Assembly (NCBI RefSeq): GCF_000020225.1
Contig: NC_010655.1
Span: 2,010,001-2,042,000 of the forward strand
Direction of reading: 5' to 3'
Length of the DNA stretch: 32,000 nucleotides
Source of the DNA: Akkermansia muciniphila ATCC BAA-835
GTDB taxonomy: Bacteria > Verrucomicrobiota > Verrucomicrobiia > Verrucomicrobiales > Akkermansiaceae
Shown here: positions 23,115 to 30,749 of the stretch, piece by piece
How the letters are laid out: the number at the start of each line of letters is the position of its first letter
How positions within the stretch are numbered: the stretch's first letter is position 1
The notes under the pieces: generated by a model
The model's input: the letters and a program-made list of their open reading frames with translations, nothing else
Database searches by the model: none
What the model was told of the DNA's origin: nothing
Translations under genes and position numbers: made by a program

Positions 23115-26100
23115 ATGAACACCATCAACATCCGAAGCACGAAGAAGGTTGAGCCGAAGTGTTACGCCTACACGACTCCAGAGGTGCAGCGGCACGAGGG
23201 CTGGACGAAGATTGGCTACACCGAGCAGGATGATGTCGAGGTGCGCATCCGCCAGCAGACGCAGACGGTGGATGTGCGCTATTGCCTGGAATGGCACGAG
23301 TCGGCGCGTTTTGCCGACGGGACGGTGTTTCACGATAAGGCGTTTCATCGTTACTTGGGCAAGAAGGAGGTGGAACGCGAGGGGAATTCGGAGTGGTTTC
23401 ATCTTGTGCCCGAGGTGGCGCATGGTCATTTTCGGGAGTTTACCCGCAATCGCGGGGTGTTGCAGACGCCGGGTGCGGTGCCTTATGTGTTGCGGGCGGA
23501 GCAGGCGGAGGCGGTCGAGCGGACGCGGCTCTATATGGCGAGCCACGCGGGGCAAAGCCCGGAGTTTTTGTGGAATGCCAAGCCGCGTTTCGGCAAGACT
23601 TTGGCGGCGTATGATTTGTGCAAGCAGATGGGTGCGCGGACGGTGTTGATTGTGACGAATCGTCCGGCGATTGCTCATTCGTGGTACGATGATTATGTGC
23701 GTTTTATGGGGACGGAGTCGGGGTATTATTTCATCAGTGGGGCGGATGCTCTGCGGGGCTTGCCCCATGTGCTGGAGCGCGCGCAGTTGCCGAGTGATGC
23801 CGAGGGGTATATCGAGTTTGTGTCTCTGCAGGATTTGAAGGGTTCTCTGTATTTCGGCGGGGAGTTCGATAAGTTGGAGCATGTGCAAAAGTTGACCTGG
23901 GATCTGCTGATTGTGGATGAGGCGCACGAGGGGGTGGATACGTACAGGGCGGATGTGGCGTTCGAGCAGATTGCGCGTCGGGCGACGCTGCATCTGTCGG
24001 GGACGCCTTTTAAGGCTTTGGCAAATGAAAAGTTCGAGGAGAAGGCGATTTTCAACTGGACCTATGCCGATGAACAGCGCGCCAAGAGGGAGTGGCAGGA
24101 GGAGGCGGAGGAGGAAAATCCCTATGCCGCCTTGCCGCAGTTGGACCTTTATACGTACCGGATGTCTGAGGTAGTGCGCGATCGCCTGAAGCAGGGGGCT
24201 GATTTTGACGATGACGGCGAAAATGAGGCCTATGCTTTTGACTTGAATGAGTTTTTTGCCACGAAGAGTGACGGTTCGTTTAAGTATGATGAGGCGGTGG
24301 AGAGGTTTTTGGAGGCTTTGGCAGGGCAGGAGAAGTTTCCCTTTTCGACGGAGGCTTTGCGCCGCGAGGTGAAGCATAGTTTCTGGCTGTTGGACCGCGT
24401 GGACAGTGCCAAGGCGTTGGCGAAGAAGTTGAAGGCGCATCCCGTCTTCCGCGAGTACGAGGTGGTGGTGGCGGCTGGCGATGGCAAGACGGATGCGGAG
24501 GAGGAGGCGACATCGACGCTCAAGTCCTTGGATAAGGTGCGCACGGCGATTCGCGCCCACGAGAGGACGATTACGCTTTCCGTCGGGCAGTTGACGACGG
24601 GGGTGACGGTGCCGGAGTGGACGGCGGTCTTGATGCTGAGCAATGTGAAGAGTCCGTCGCTGTATATGCAGGCGGCGTTCCGGGCGCAGAATCCCTGCCT
24701 GTTCGTGGAGGGGGACGAGTTGCGGCGCAAGGAGAATGCGTATGTGTTTGATTTTGAACCGGCGCGGACGCTGGTGATTTTTGAGCAGTTCGCCAATGAC
24801 CTGTGTTCGGCGACGGTGAGTGGCGGAGGCGATGGGGAGACGCGCAAAAGGCAGGTGCGCGAGTTGCTGAATTTTTTCCCCGTCTATGGGGAGGATGAGG
24901 AGGGGGAGATGGTGGCTCTGGATGCGGAGAAGGTGTTGTCCGTGCCGCGCAAGATTCATGCCGTCGAGGTGGTGCGCCGTGGGTTCATGAGCAATTTCCT
25001 GTTCCAGAATATCGGGAATATTTTCTCGGCGCCGCGTCAGGTGGCGGATATCCTCGGGCAACTGCCGACGGTGAAGGAGCAGAAGCCGTCCAAGGCGAAG
25101 GAGGGCGGTCAGGGAGAGGGCGGTTTGTTGGACGGCGCCGCGGATTTGCCCCTGAATGAAAAGGGTGAAGTGGTGTTGCCCTTGGATGAATTGACCCGTA
25201 AGACAGGGGAGCTTTTCGGGGATAAGATATACAGCGACAATGTTGTGACGCAAACGAAGATCGATGAGGTCTCGACGAGTAACGCGCCGGATAAGAAGGC
25301 CGCACAAAATTTAGTGACGATATTGGTGGATACTGTGGTGAACCCCACCCTGCAGGATGCCAAGACGCACTATGGCGATGAGATGAGTAGAGCGTCTGAA
25401 CATCGTCTCAAAAAGCAGTTGCAGAATCAGGCGACGGTCGCGGTCGGCAAGGCAGCGACGACGCACAAGAAGAATCGCCACGAGACGGAGAAGGCAAAGA
25501 AAAGGGCTCTCGACGAGGCGCATGCCAAGGGGCAGAGTGAGGCCGAGGTTCAGGCGATTCAGGATCGTTTTGATGCCGAGCAGAGGGAGAATGAGCGTCG
25601 GTATCGAGAGGAGTTGAAGGAGGCAGCGGCAGAGATTGAGAAGAAGGCCAAACAGGCTGTGGTGGATACGGTGGAAACCGAGAAGGTTACCAGGAAGAAG
25701 GAGGCGATTGAAGAGGATATTCGCGGTCATTTGCGTGGCTTTGCGCGGACGATCCCCGCCTTTTTGATGGCGTATGGCGACGAGAATACCTGTCTGGATA
25801 ATTTCGATACGATTCTTCCCGATGAGGTCTTTAGAGAGGTGACGGGGATTTCTTTAGAGCAGTTCCGCATCTTGCGCGATGGGTGCGATTACGAAGATGA
25901 GGGTGTCCGGAAGCATTTTGACGGTCATTGTTTTGATCCGATTGTTTTTGATGATGCCGTTCAGGAGTTCTTGGCGTTGAAGAAGAAATTAGGCAATTAT
26001 TTTGATGAGTCGCAGTCGGAGGATATTTTCGATTATATTCCGCCGCAAAAGACGAATCAGATTTTCACGCCCAAGCATCTTGTCATGAAGATGGTCGATA

Positions 26101-26447
26101 TGTTGGAGGAGGAGTCTCCGGGCTGTTTCGATGACCCCGACAAGACGTTTATCGACCTCTACATGAAGTCGGGTCTATATGTGGCGGAGATTGTCAAACG
26201 CCTTTTCCGCAGCGAGGCGATGAAGGCGCGTTTCCCGCAGGCGGAGGAGCGTTTACGGCATATTTTCGCGCATCAGGTGTATGGCTTGGCGCCGACGGAG
26301 ATTATTTACCGCATTGCCTGTGCCTTTGTCCTGGGCTTCGACGAGGAGCTGCGCATCGAGCGGCATCATCTCGCGCGCTTCGATGCCTTGCCGGCGGTCA
26401 AAGACGGCACGCTGGAGGAGGCTCTGGACAAGATTTGGGAGAGGTGA
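23115..26447 (+). CDS. Fusion protein: N-terminal GIY-YIG superfamily (T5orf172-like) domain, SF2 DEAH helicase/translocase, charged coiled-coil, C-terminal methyltransferase-like (motif X/I only) tail
   Basis: - AAGGAG RBS 8 nt upstream; the gene starts 15 nt after the methyltransferase stop.
- GIY-YIG-like pattern: CYAYT...WTKIGYT...VRIRQQ...FHDKAFHRYL...GNSEWF (residues ~15-100).
- Helicase motif I NAKPRFGKT, motif II LLIVDEAHEG, motif III HLSGTPF, motifs V/VI SVGQLTTGVTVPEW and QAAFRAQNP.
- Lys/Glu-rich helical stretch around nt 25450-25730.
- Tail from nt 26061: IFTPKHLVMKMVDML...FIDLYMKSGLYVAEI...QVYGLAPTEI, with no NPPY-type motif IV. Confidence 0.85.
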   Translation: MNTINIRSTKKVEPKCYAYTTPEVQRHEGWTKIGYTEQDDVEVRIRQQTQTVDVRYCLEWHESARFADGTVFHDKAFHRYLGKKEVEREGNSEWFHLVPEVAHGHFREFTRNRGVLQTPGAVPYVLRAEQAEAVERTRLYMASHAGQSPEFLWNAKPRFGKTLAAYDLCKQMGARTVLIVTNRPAIAHSWYDDYVRFMGTESGYYFISGADALRGLPHVLERAQLPSDAEGYIEFVSLQDLKGSLYFGGEFDKLEHVQKLTWDLLIVDEAHEGVDTYRADVAFEQIARRATLHLSGTPFKALANEKFEEKAIFNWTYADEQRAKREWQEEAEEENPYAALPQLDLYTYRMSEVVRDRLKQGADFDDDGENEAYAFDLNEFFATKSDGSFKYDEAVERFLEALAGQEKFPFSTEALRREVKHSFWLLDRVDSAKALAKKLKAHPVFREYEVVVAAGDGKTDAEEEATSTLKSLDKVRTAIRAHERTITLSVGQLTTGVTVPEWTAVLMLSNVKSPSLYMQAAFRAQNPCLFVEGDELRRKENAYVFDFEPARTLVIFEQFANDLCSATVSGGGDGETRKRQVRELLNFFPVYGEDEEGEMVALDAEKVLSVPRKIHAVEVVRRGFMSNFLFQNIGNIFSAPRQVADILGQLPTVKEQKPSKAKEGGQGEGGLLDGAADLPLNEKGEVVLPLDELTRKTGELFGDKIYSDNVVTQTKIDEVSTSNAPDKKAAQNLVTILVDTVVNPTLQDAKTHYGDEMSRASEHRLKKQLQNQATVAVGKAATTHKKNRHETEKAKKRALDEAHAKGQSEAEVQAIQDRFDAEQRENERRYREELKEAAAEIEKKAKQAVVDTVETEKVTRKKEAIEEDIRGHLRGFARTIPAFLMAYGDENTCLDNFDTILPDEVFREVTGISLEQFRILRDGCDYEDEGVRKHFDGHCFDPIVFDDAVQEFLALKKKLGNYFDESQSEDIFDYIPPQKTNQIFTPKHLVMKMVDMLEEESPGCFDDPDKTFIDLYMKSGLYVAEIVKRLFRSEAMKARFPQAEERLRHIFAHQVYGLAPTEIIYRIACAFVLGFDEELRIERHHLARFDALPAVKDGTLEEALDKIWER

Positions 26448-26579
26448 CCGTGATGACGGCCTGGCTTGGGAGGCTTCATGTCTTGCGCCGCTCCCGTTGA
26501 ATGAGTGGCGCGGCTTAATTTCCGGCATGTTTCTTTGTGTTTCATGTGCGCAAGCCGATGAAAATTCATGGTTGGCGTT

Positions 26580-27170
26580 TCAGCCTTTTTTCACGGTCAG
26601 GGGTAGTCCCGCCACCATGAAGTAGACTTCATCCGCGCTTTTGGCAAGGAGTTGGTTGGCAATGCCCAGCCCGTCGCAGTAGTGGCGCGTTTCCGCATCT
26701 GACTGGCTGATGCCCATGCCGGTTTCAGAAGAAACAAGCACCCATGGCACAGGGGATTGGCGGATGAGCTTTTTCAAAGCTTCTATTTCCTCAATCAGCG
26801 CTTCCTGGAACGGCTCGTAGTCCGTGGGGTCCTTCTGGGCGTACAGGGTATTGGAGGAGAGCAGGGTGACGCATTCCAGAATGACGCCGTCCACCTGGTC
26901 CAGCAAGCCGGATTCCCCGACGGCAGAAGCTACATGACGGGGACATTCCAGCGTGAGCCAGCTTTTAGGACGGCGTTCCTGGTGCTTGCGCACGCGGTAT
27001 TCCATGGAGCCGGCTCCGGGCCAGACTTCCGCCGTGGCGACGTACAGGATTTTTTTCCCGAATCCGGCGGCTATTTGTTCAGCGTATTGGCTTTTGCCGC
27101 TTCTGATGCCGCCCAGGACGAGCGTCATGCGTGCGGTATTGGCGTCAGTGTTTGGTGATGTAGCGTTCAT
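26580..27170 (-). CDS. cobU: Bifunctional adenosylcobinamide kinase / adenosylcobinamide-phosphate guanylyltransferase
   Basis: P-loop LVLGGIRSGKSQYAE, then HQERRPKSWLTLE, VLVSSETGMGI and a C-terminal MVAGLPLTVK. The start is ATG 27170 (26-nt overlap with cbiR) or ATG 27128. Confidence 0.9.
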   Translation of the reverse strand: MNATSPNTDANTARMTLVLGGIRSGKSQYAEQIAAGFGKKILYVATAEVWPGAGSMEYRVRKHQERRPKSWLTLECPRHVASAVGESGLLDQVDGVILECVTLLSSNTLYAQKDPTDYEPFQEALIEEIEALKKLIRQSPVPWVLVSSETGMGISQSDAETRHYCDGLGIANQLLAKSADEVYFMVAGLPLTVKKG

Positions 27171-27960
27171 GGGATTCCAGCATGGCCTGGTGGGAGTTCA
27201 GGAAGTCATCCAGGCTGAAGACTTCCAGCGTAATAAGGGGGGAGAAATGAAGGTCCCACATGGGGTGCAGAATGGCGTCCAGCGTAGCGGCAGGCATGTG
27301 GTGCAGGGATTTGTGGTCCCGTTTTTCCAGCCCGTGCAGGTGGCACATGCGTATGTCCGGCAGCCAGAGCGGCAGAAGTTTTTCCGGCCGCAGGCCTTCT
27401 TTCCAGACATGGCCTATGTCAAAGCAACGTGAATGGGGTGTAGCGGCTACCAGTTTATCCAGATAGTCGGTCGGATGGCGTTCCAAATTTTCCAGGGCCA
27501 GGCATTCCGGTGCGGGGAGGTGGGGCGTGATTTGTTCCAGACTCCGGAGGATTCGTTCCGTTTCGCGTTCCGTAAGATGGGGGCGCATATCAGGACCGGG
27601 GATATGGTCCGTGACCACATGCATGACCCAGGTGTGGGGCTCCAGTTCCCGTGTCAGGTCAATGGCGCGAATGATGTTTTCCGTATAACGGCGGCTTGAT
27701 TCTTCCGTGGCGAAGCTGCCGTCCGTAGGCAGGTGGACGTTCCAGGTAACCCCGGCATCTGCAGCGATTCCGGCCAGTTCCCGTATTTCCGCAGGGGTAA
27801 TGAGTTCCTTTCCGCATTCTCCGGCTTCCAGCAGGAGCAGAGCGACATCATCCGCGTAATGGACGCATTCCCTGATGGCGGGCACGTAGTAGTCCGGGAT
27901 GATGAAGGAGGTGCATCCGATGTTGAGGCCTGGAACGCGGCATTTGTGTGGAGTTTTCAT
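27145..27960 (-). CDS. cbiR: Xylose-isomerase-like TIM-barrel (AP endonuclease 2 superfamily) protein embedded in the cob operon; matches what is described as cobamide-remodelling phosphodiesterase CbiR
   Basis: The start ATG at 27960 overlaps the cobS stop (ATGA). Metal-ligand-like motifs typical of the fold are WNVHLP, ALENLE, FDIGHVW and CHLHGLE. The gene sits between cobS and cobU. The 105-codon N-terminal extension in the ORF track overlaps cobS and is an artefact. Confidence 0.8.
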   Translation of the reverse strand: MKTPHKCRVPGLNIGCTSFIIPDYYVPAIRECVHYADDVALLLLEAGECGKELITPAEIRELAGIAADAGVTWNVHLPTDGSFATEESSRRYTENIIRAIDLTRELEPHTWVMHVVTDHIPGPDMRPHLTERETERILRSLEQITPHLPAPECLALENLERHPTDYLDKLVAATPHSRCFDIGHVWKEGLRPEKLLPLWLPDIRMCHLHGLEKRDHKSLHHMPAATLDAILHPMWDLHFSPLITLEVFSLDDFLNSHQAMLESHERYITKH

Positions 27961-28697
27961 AAAGTGCAGAAGGTGAGCAGGACAAGCCATTCCGTACATT
28001 CCACGGTACAGCCGAATACATCCCCGGTAACGCCGCCCAGGCGGCGGCGCGCGTATAGAAGCAGGCCCATGGAGCCGGCCAGGGCGGAGAGCAGGGCGTA
28101 CAGCCCGTTCCATCCTGCCAGAGCGCAGGCAGCCAGGGTGACGGCTGCGGCAGCCAGGGCGTGCCCGGGGCGCGTTCCCTGCTTGAACGCTTCCCCCATG
28201 CCTCCATGCCGTGCGCCCGGAAAGCGCATGGCGATGAATATCTGGCTGCGGGCAAGCAATCCTGCCAGAGCGCACGCCGTGAGCAGAAGTTCCCAGGAGC
28301 CGTGGGCCGCCAGAGTCGCCAGGGCGGCTCCCTTGAACGCCAGGTTGAAAAACAGGGCCGTGCCGCCGAAGGTCCCCAGGCGGGAGTCTTTCATGATTTC
28401 CAGCCTGCGTTCCCGGGATACTTCAATGGGAAGCCCGTCTCCGCAGTCCGCTACTCCGTCCAGGTGCAGGCCGCCCGTGACGGCTACCCAGCAGGCACAG
28501 CCGATAACGCCGCAGACCAGGGGGGGGAAGAGCAGGGTTGTCGTCCAGGTCAGGCCGCCCGCAAGCCCCCCCACTACCAGGCCAACCAGCGGTAGCCAGG
28601 CGGAAATTCCGTTCAGGTCATTTTGCAGCGGCCACGGCCCTACGGGCAGCCGGGTCAGGAAGCCGAAGGCGGAGCGGATGGTGGTGATGACAGCCAT
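27957..28697 (-). CDS. cobS: Adenosylcobinamide-GDP ribazoletransferase (cobalamin 5'-phosphate synthase)
   Basis: The N-terminus is AFGFLTRLPV. The conserved segment HLDGVADCGDGL is present, and the protein is polytopic and hydrophobic throughout. Confidence 0.92.
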   Translation of the reverse strand: MAVITTIRSAFGFLTRLPVGPWPLQNDLNGISAWLPLVGLVVGGLAGGLTWTTTLLFPPLVCGVIGCACWVAVTGGLHLDGVADCGDGLPIEVSRERRLEIMKDSRLGTFGGTALFFNLAFKGAALATLAAHGSWELLLTACALAGLLARSQIFIAMRFPGARHGGMGEAFKQGTRPGHALAAAAVTLAACALAGWNGLYALLSALAGSMGLLLYARRRLGGVTGDVFGCTVECTEWLVLLTFCTL

Positions 28698-28716
28698 GGA
28701 TACAGGGAAGAAAGGG

Positions 28717-29757
28717 TCAGCGCGGAACGGTGATGTCCAGTTCCGGCAGGGTTTTCATTTCAGAAAGTACGCGCGTGGCGGCGTCCAGCAGGGGAAAGAA
28801 CAGGGCCGCTCCCGTGCCTTCCCCCAGGCAGAGGCCCAGGTCCATGTACATGGTGACGCCGATGTGGTCCATAATGAGCTTATGCCCCGGTTCCGCGGAG
28901 TTGTGGGAGCCGATGAAGTATTGCGCCGCTTCCGGGCGAATGCCCTGGGCGATGGCCGCGGCCGCCCCGGCAATGAAGCCGTCAATGACGATGGGAACGC
29001 GCAGGGAGGCCGCCCCCAGCATCAGTCCGGCCATGGCTCCTATTTCCGGTCCTCCCACCTTCGCCAGCACGTCAATGGCATCGGAAGGGTCTGGCTTGTT
29101 CAGGGCGATTCCCTGTTCGATGAGTTTTATTTTTTTGCGGATGACTTCTCCTCTGACGCCGGAACCGCGTCCCGTCACGGTTTCCACAGGGGTGCCCGTG
29201 AGCACGGCGACGATGGCGGAAGAGGGGGTGGTGTTGCCAATGCCCATTTCTCCGGCGGCCACAATGTCCAGCCCTTTGTTTTTTTCTTCACGGGCCATGT
29301 CAATGCCCACTTGCAGGCATTTCAGGGCCTGTTCCCGCGTCATGGCCGGCCCCCTGCTGAAGTCGTTGGCGCCGTGCATGACTTTTCTTTTGACCAGCCC
29401 CGGCAGGTCGCCGAAGTCGTAATTGACGCCTACGTCCACTACGGAAAGGCGTGCTCCCGCGTTGCGTGTAAAGGCGTTGATCGTGCCTCCGCCCTGAAGG
29501 AAGTTGCGGGTCTGGATGTAGGTAACGTCCGTGGATGTCAGGCTGAGGCCGTGGTCGGCGATGTGGTGGTCCGCGGCGAACAGGACTATGGCTTTGTCCT
29601 TCAGGCGCGGCGCGGGATTGCCGGTCATGCCGGCAATACGGATGGCCACGGGTTCCAGTTTTCCCAGGGCAAGGGGAGGCTTGGCCAGAATTTTCTGATG
29701 TTCCAGGGCCGCTTTTGCGGCCTGTTCGTCCAACGGGGGGATATGCAGTTTGTTCAT
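28717..29757 (-). CDS. cobT: Nicotinate-nucleotide--dimethylbenzimidazole phosphoribosyltransferase
   Basis: Motifs are LAKPPLALGKLE, FAADHHIADHG and AGEMGIGNTTPSSA. The start ATG 29757 overlaps the cbiB stop (ATGA). The longer ORF-track start at 30078 overlaps cbiB and is an artefact. Confidence 0.92.
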   Translation of the reverse strand: MNKLHIPPLDEQAAKAALEHQKILAKPPLALGKLEPVAIRIAGMTGNPAPRLKDKAIVLFAADHHIADHGLSLTSTDVTYIQTRNFLQGGGTINAFTRNAGARLSVVDVGVNYDFGDLPGLVKRKVMHGANDFSRGPAMTREQALKCLQVGIDMAREEKNKGLDIVAAGEMGIGNTTPSSAIVAVLTGTPVETVTGRGSGVRGEVIRKKIKLIEQGIALNKPDPSDAIDVLAKVGGPEIGAMAGLMLGAASLRVPIVIDGFIAGAAAAIAQGIRPEAAQYFIGSHNSAEPGHKLIMDHIGVTMYMDLGLCLGEGTGAALFFPLLDAATRVLSEMKTLPELDITVPR

Positions 29758-30746
29758 GATGTCCAGAAGTGGGGGGTGAAGAGAAGAAGGAGAGTGAACG
29801 CCAGCGTACCCGTGGCGGCAGTCGTCCACATGAGCCGAATGGCCAGGGCCAGGTCGCTGGCGGAGGCTTTGGTTCGCCCTGTTCCTATCCAGGGGTAGTT
29901 TGCAGGAATTCCCTTGTAAGAGACCGGGCCCCCGAGACGGAGGCCCAGCGCTCCAGCGAAGGCCGCTTCGCTCCATGCGGAATTGGGGCTGGCGTGGGCG
30001 TTCCGGAAGGCCCATCCCATGGTGAGCGCCCTCCGGGCGGAGGTTCCTTCCACCATCAGGGCGGAAAAGGAAATACACGGTAAAATAAGGCGTGCGGGGA
30101 TGAAGTTGAGCGCGTCATCCGTGCGTGCGGCAAAGGTGCCGAAGTGTCTGTACCGGTCATTTTTTTTCCCCCACATGGCATCCAGGATGTTGAAAACACG
30201 ATGCGCCAGCGCGGCGGAAGCCGCCCCGGAGGCACCTCCTGCCAGGCAGCCTGCTGAGGCCCAGAACAGGGTGGAAAAAACGCCATCCGTCAAGTTCTCC
30301 GCCACGCTTTCAATGGCCGCTCTGGCGATGCCGTAGACGTCCATCCGTTCCGTATCCCGTCCCACGATCATGGAGACGGAGTGCCGGGCCTCTCCGGCGT
30401 TCCCGCTGCGCAGGGCGTTTTCCACCTTCCGGGCATGCTCGGCCAGGCTGCGCGGGGCCATGCAGATGTAAATGACCAGAACGGACGGAATCCAGGGTGC
30501 CCAGGGGGAGGGTAACAGGGAAAAGGGAAGGAAGAGCGCCGCGCAGCCGAACCATGCGGCAATGCAGGTTGCCAGCGCGGCCGCCATTCCCGCATGAAAA
30601 GTTCCTCCCCACCTTTGCCTCGCCAGTGTTTCCATGCGGAGCGCGCACCGGCCGATCAGACAGACGGGATGAAACCTGTTGGGCGGTTCTCCCGCCAGAA
30701 TATCCAGCAGGAAGGCCGCAGGCAGGATGAACGGGCACGGGAACAT
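29754..30746 (-). CDS. cbiB: Adenosylcobinamide-phosphate synthase
   Basis: The N-terminus DILAGEPPNRFHPVCLIGR is typical of CbiB/CobD. This is a hydrophobic membrane protein, and its start lies 3 nt after the cobQ stop. Confidence 0.92.
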   Translation of the reverse strand: MFPCPFILPAAFLLDILAGEPPNRFHPVCLIGRCALRMETLARQRWGGTFHAGMAAALATCIAAWFGCAALFLPFSLLPSPWAPWIPSVLVIYICMAPRSLAEHARKVENALRSGNAGEARHSVSMIVGRDTERMDVYGIARAAIESVAENLTDGVFSTLFWASAGCLAGGASGAASAALAHRVFNILDAMWGKKNDRYRHFGTFAARTDDALNFIPARLILPCISFSALMVEGTSARRALTMGWAFRNAHASPNSAWSEAAFAGALGLRLGGPVSYKGIPANYPWIGTGRTKASASDLALAIRLMWTTAATGTLAFTLLLLFTPHFWTS

Positions 30747-30749
30747 GGG

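Noticed and set aside
22992-25307. 771-aa minus-strand ORF spanning the methyltransferase/helicase junction
   Set aside because: It crosses a gene boundary and the intergenic RBS. Its translation is extremely Leu/Arg/His/Pro/Gln-rich and repetitive. It is a by-product of the strongly purine-rich (GAG/GAA/GCG) coding strand of the helicase gene.
19676-26579. Possible att direct repeats flanking the integrase island (shared CATGTTTC near 19786 and 26527)
   Set aside because: Only 8 nt are shared, with non-matching context. This is well within chance for two ~150-bp regions, so it cannot be called an att site by eye.
27961-28275. 105-codon N-terminal extension of the cbiR ORF, and the analogous 107-codon extension of cobT (29758..30078)
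   Set aside because: The extensions overlap the upstream cobS and cbiB coding sequences in another frame and are Arg/Pro/Gly-rich. Internal ATGs that form ATGA overlaps with the upstream stops give proteins starting at conserved N-termini.
27733-29898. 721-aa plus-strand ORF running across cbiR, cobS, cobT and into cbiB
   Set aside because: It spans four well-supported minus-strand genes and their junctions, and its translation is low in complexity and rich in Arg/Ala/Gly/Pro. This is an antisense shadow.
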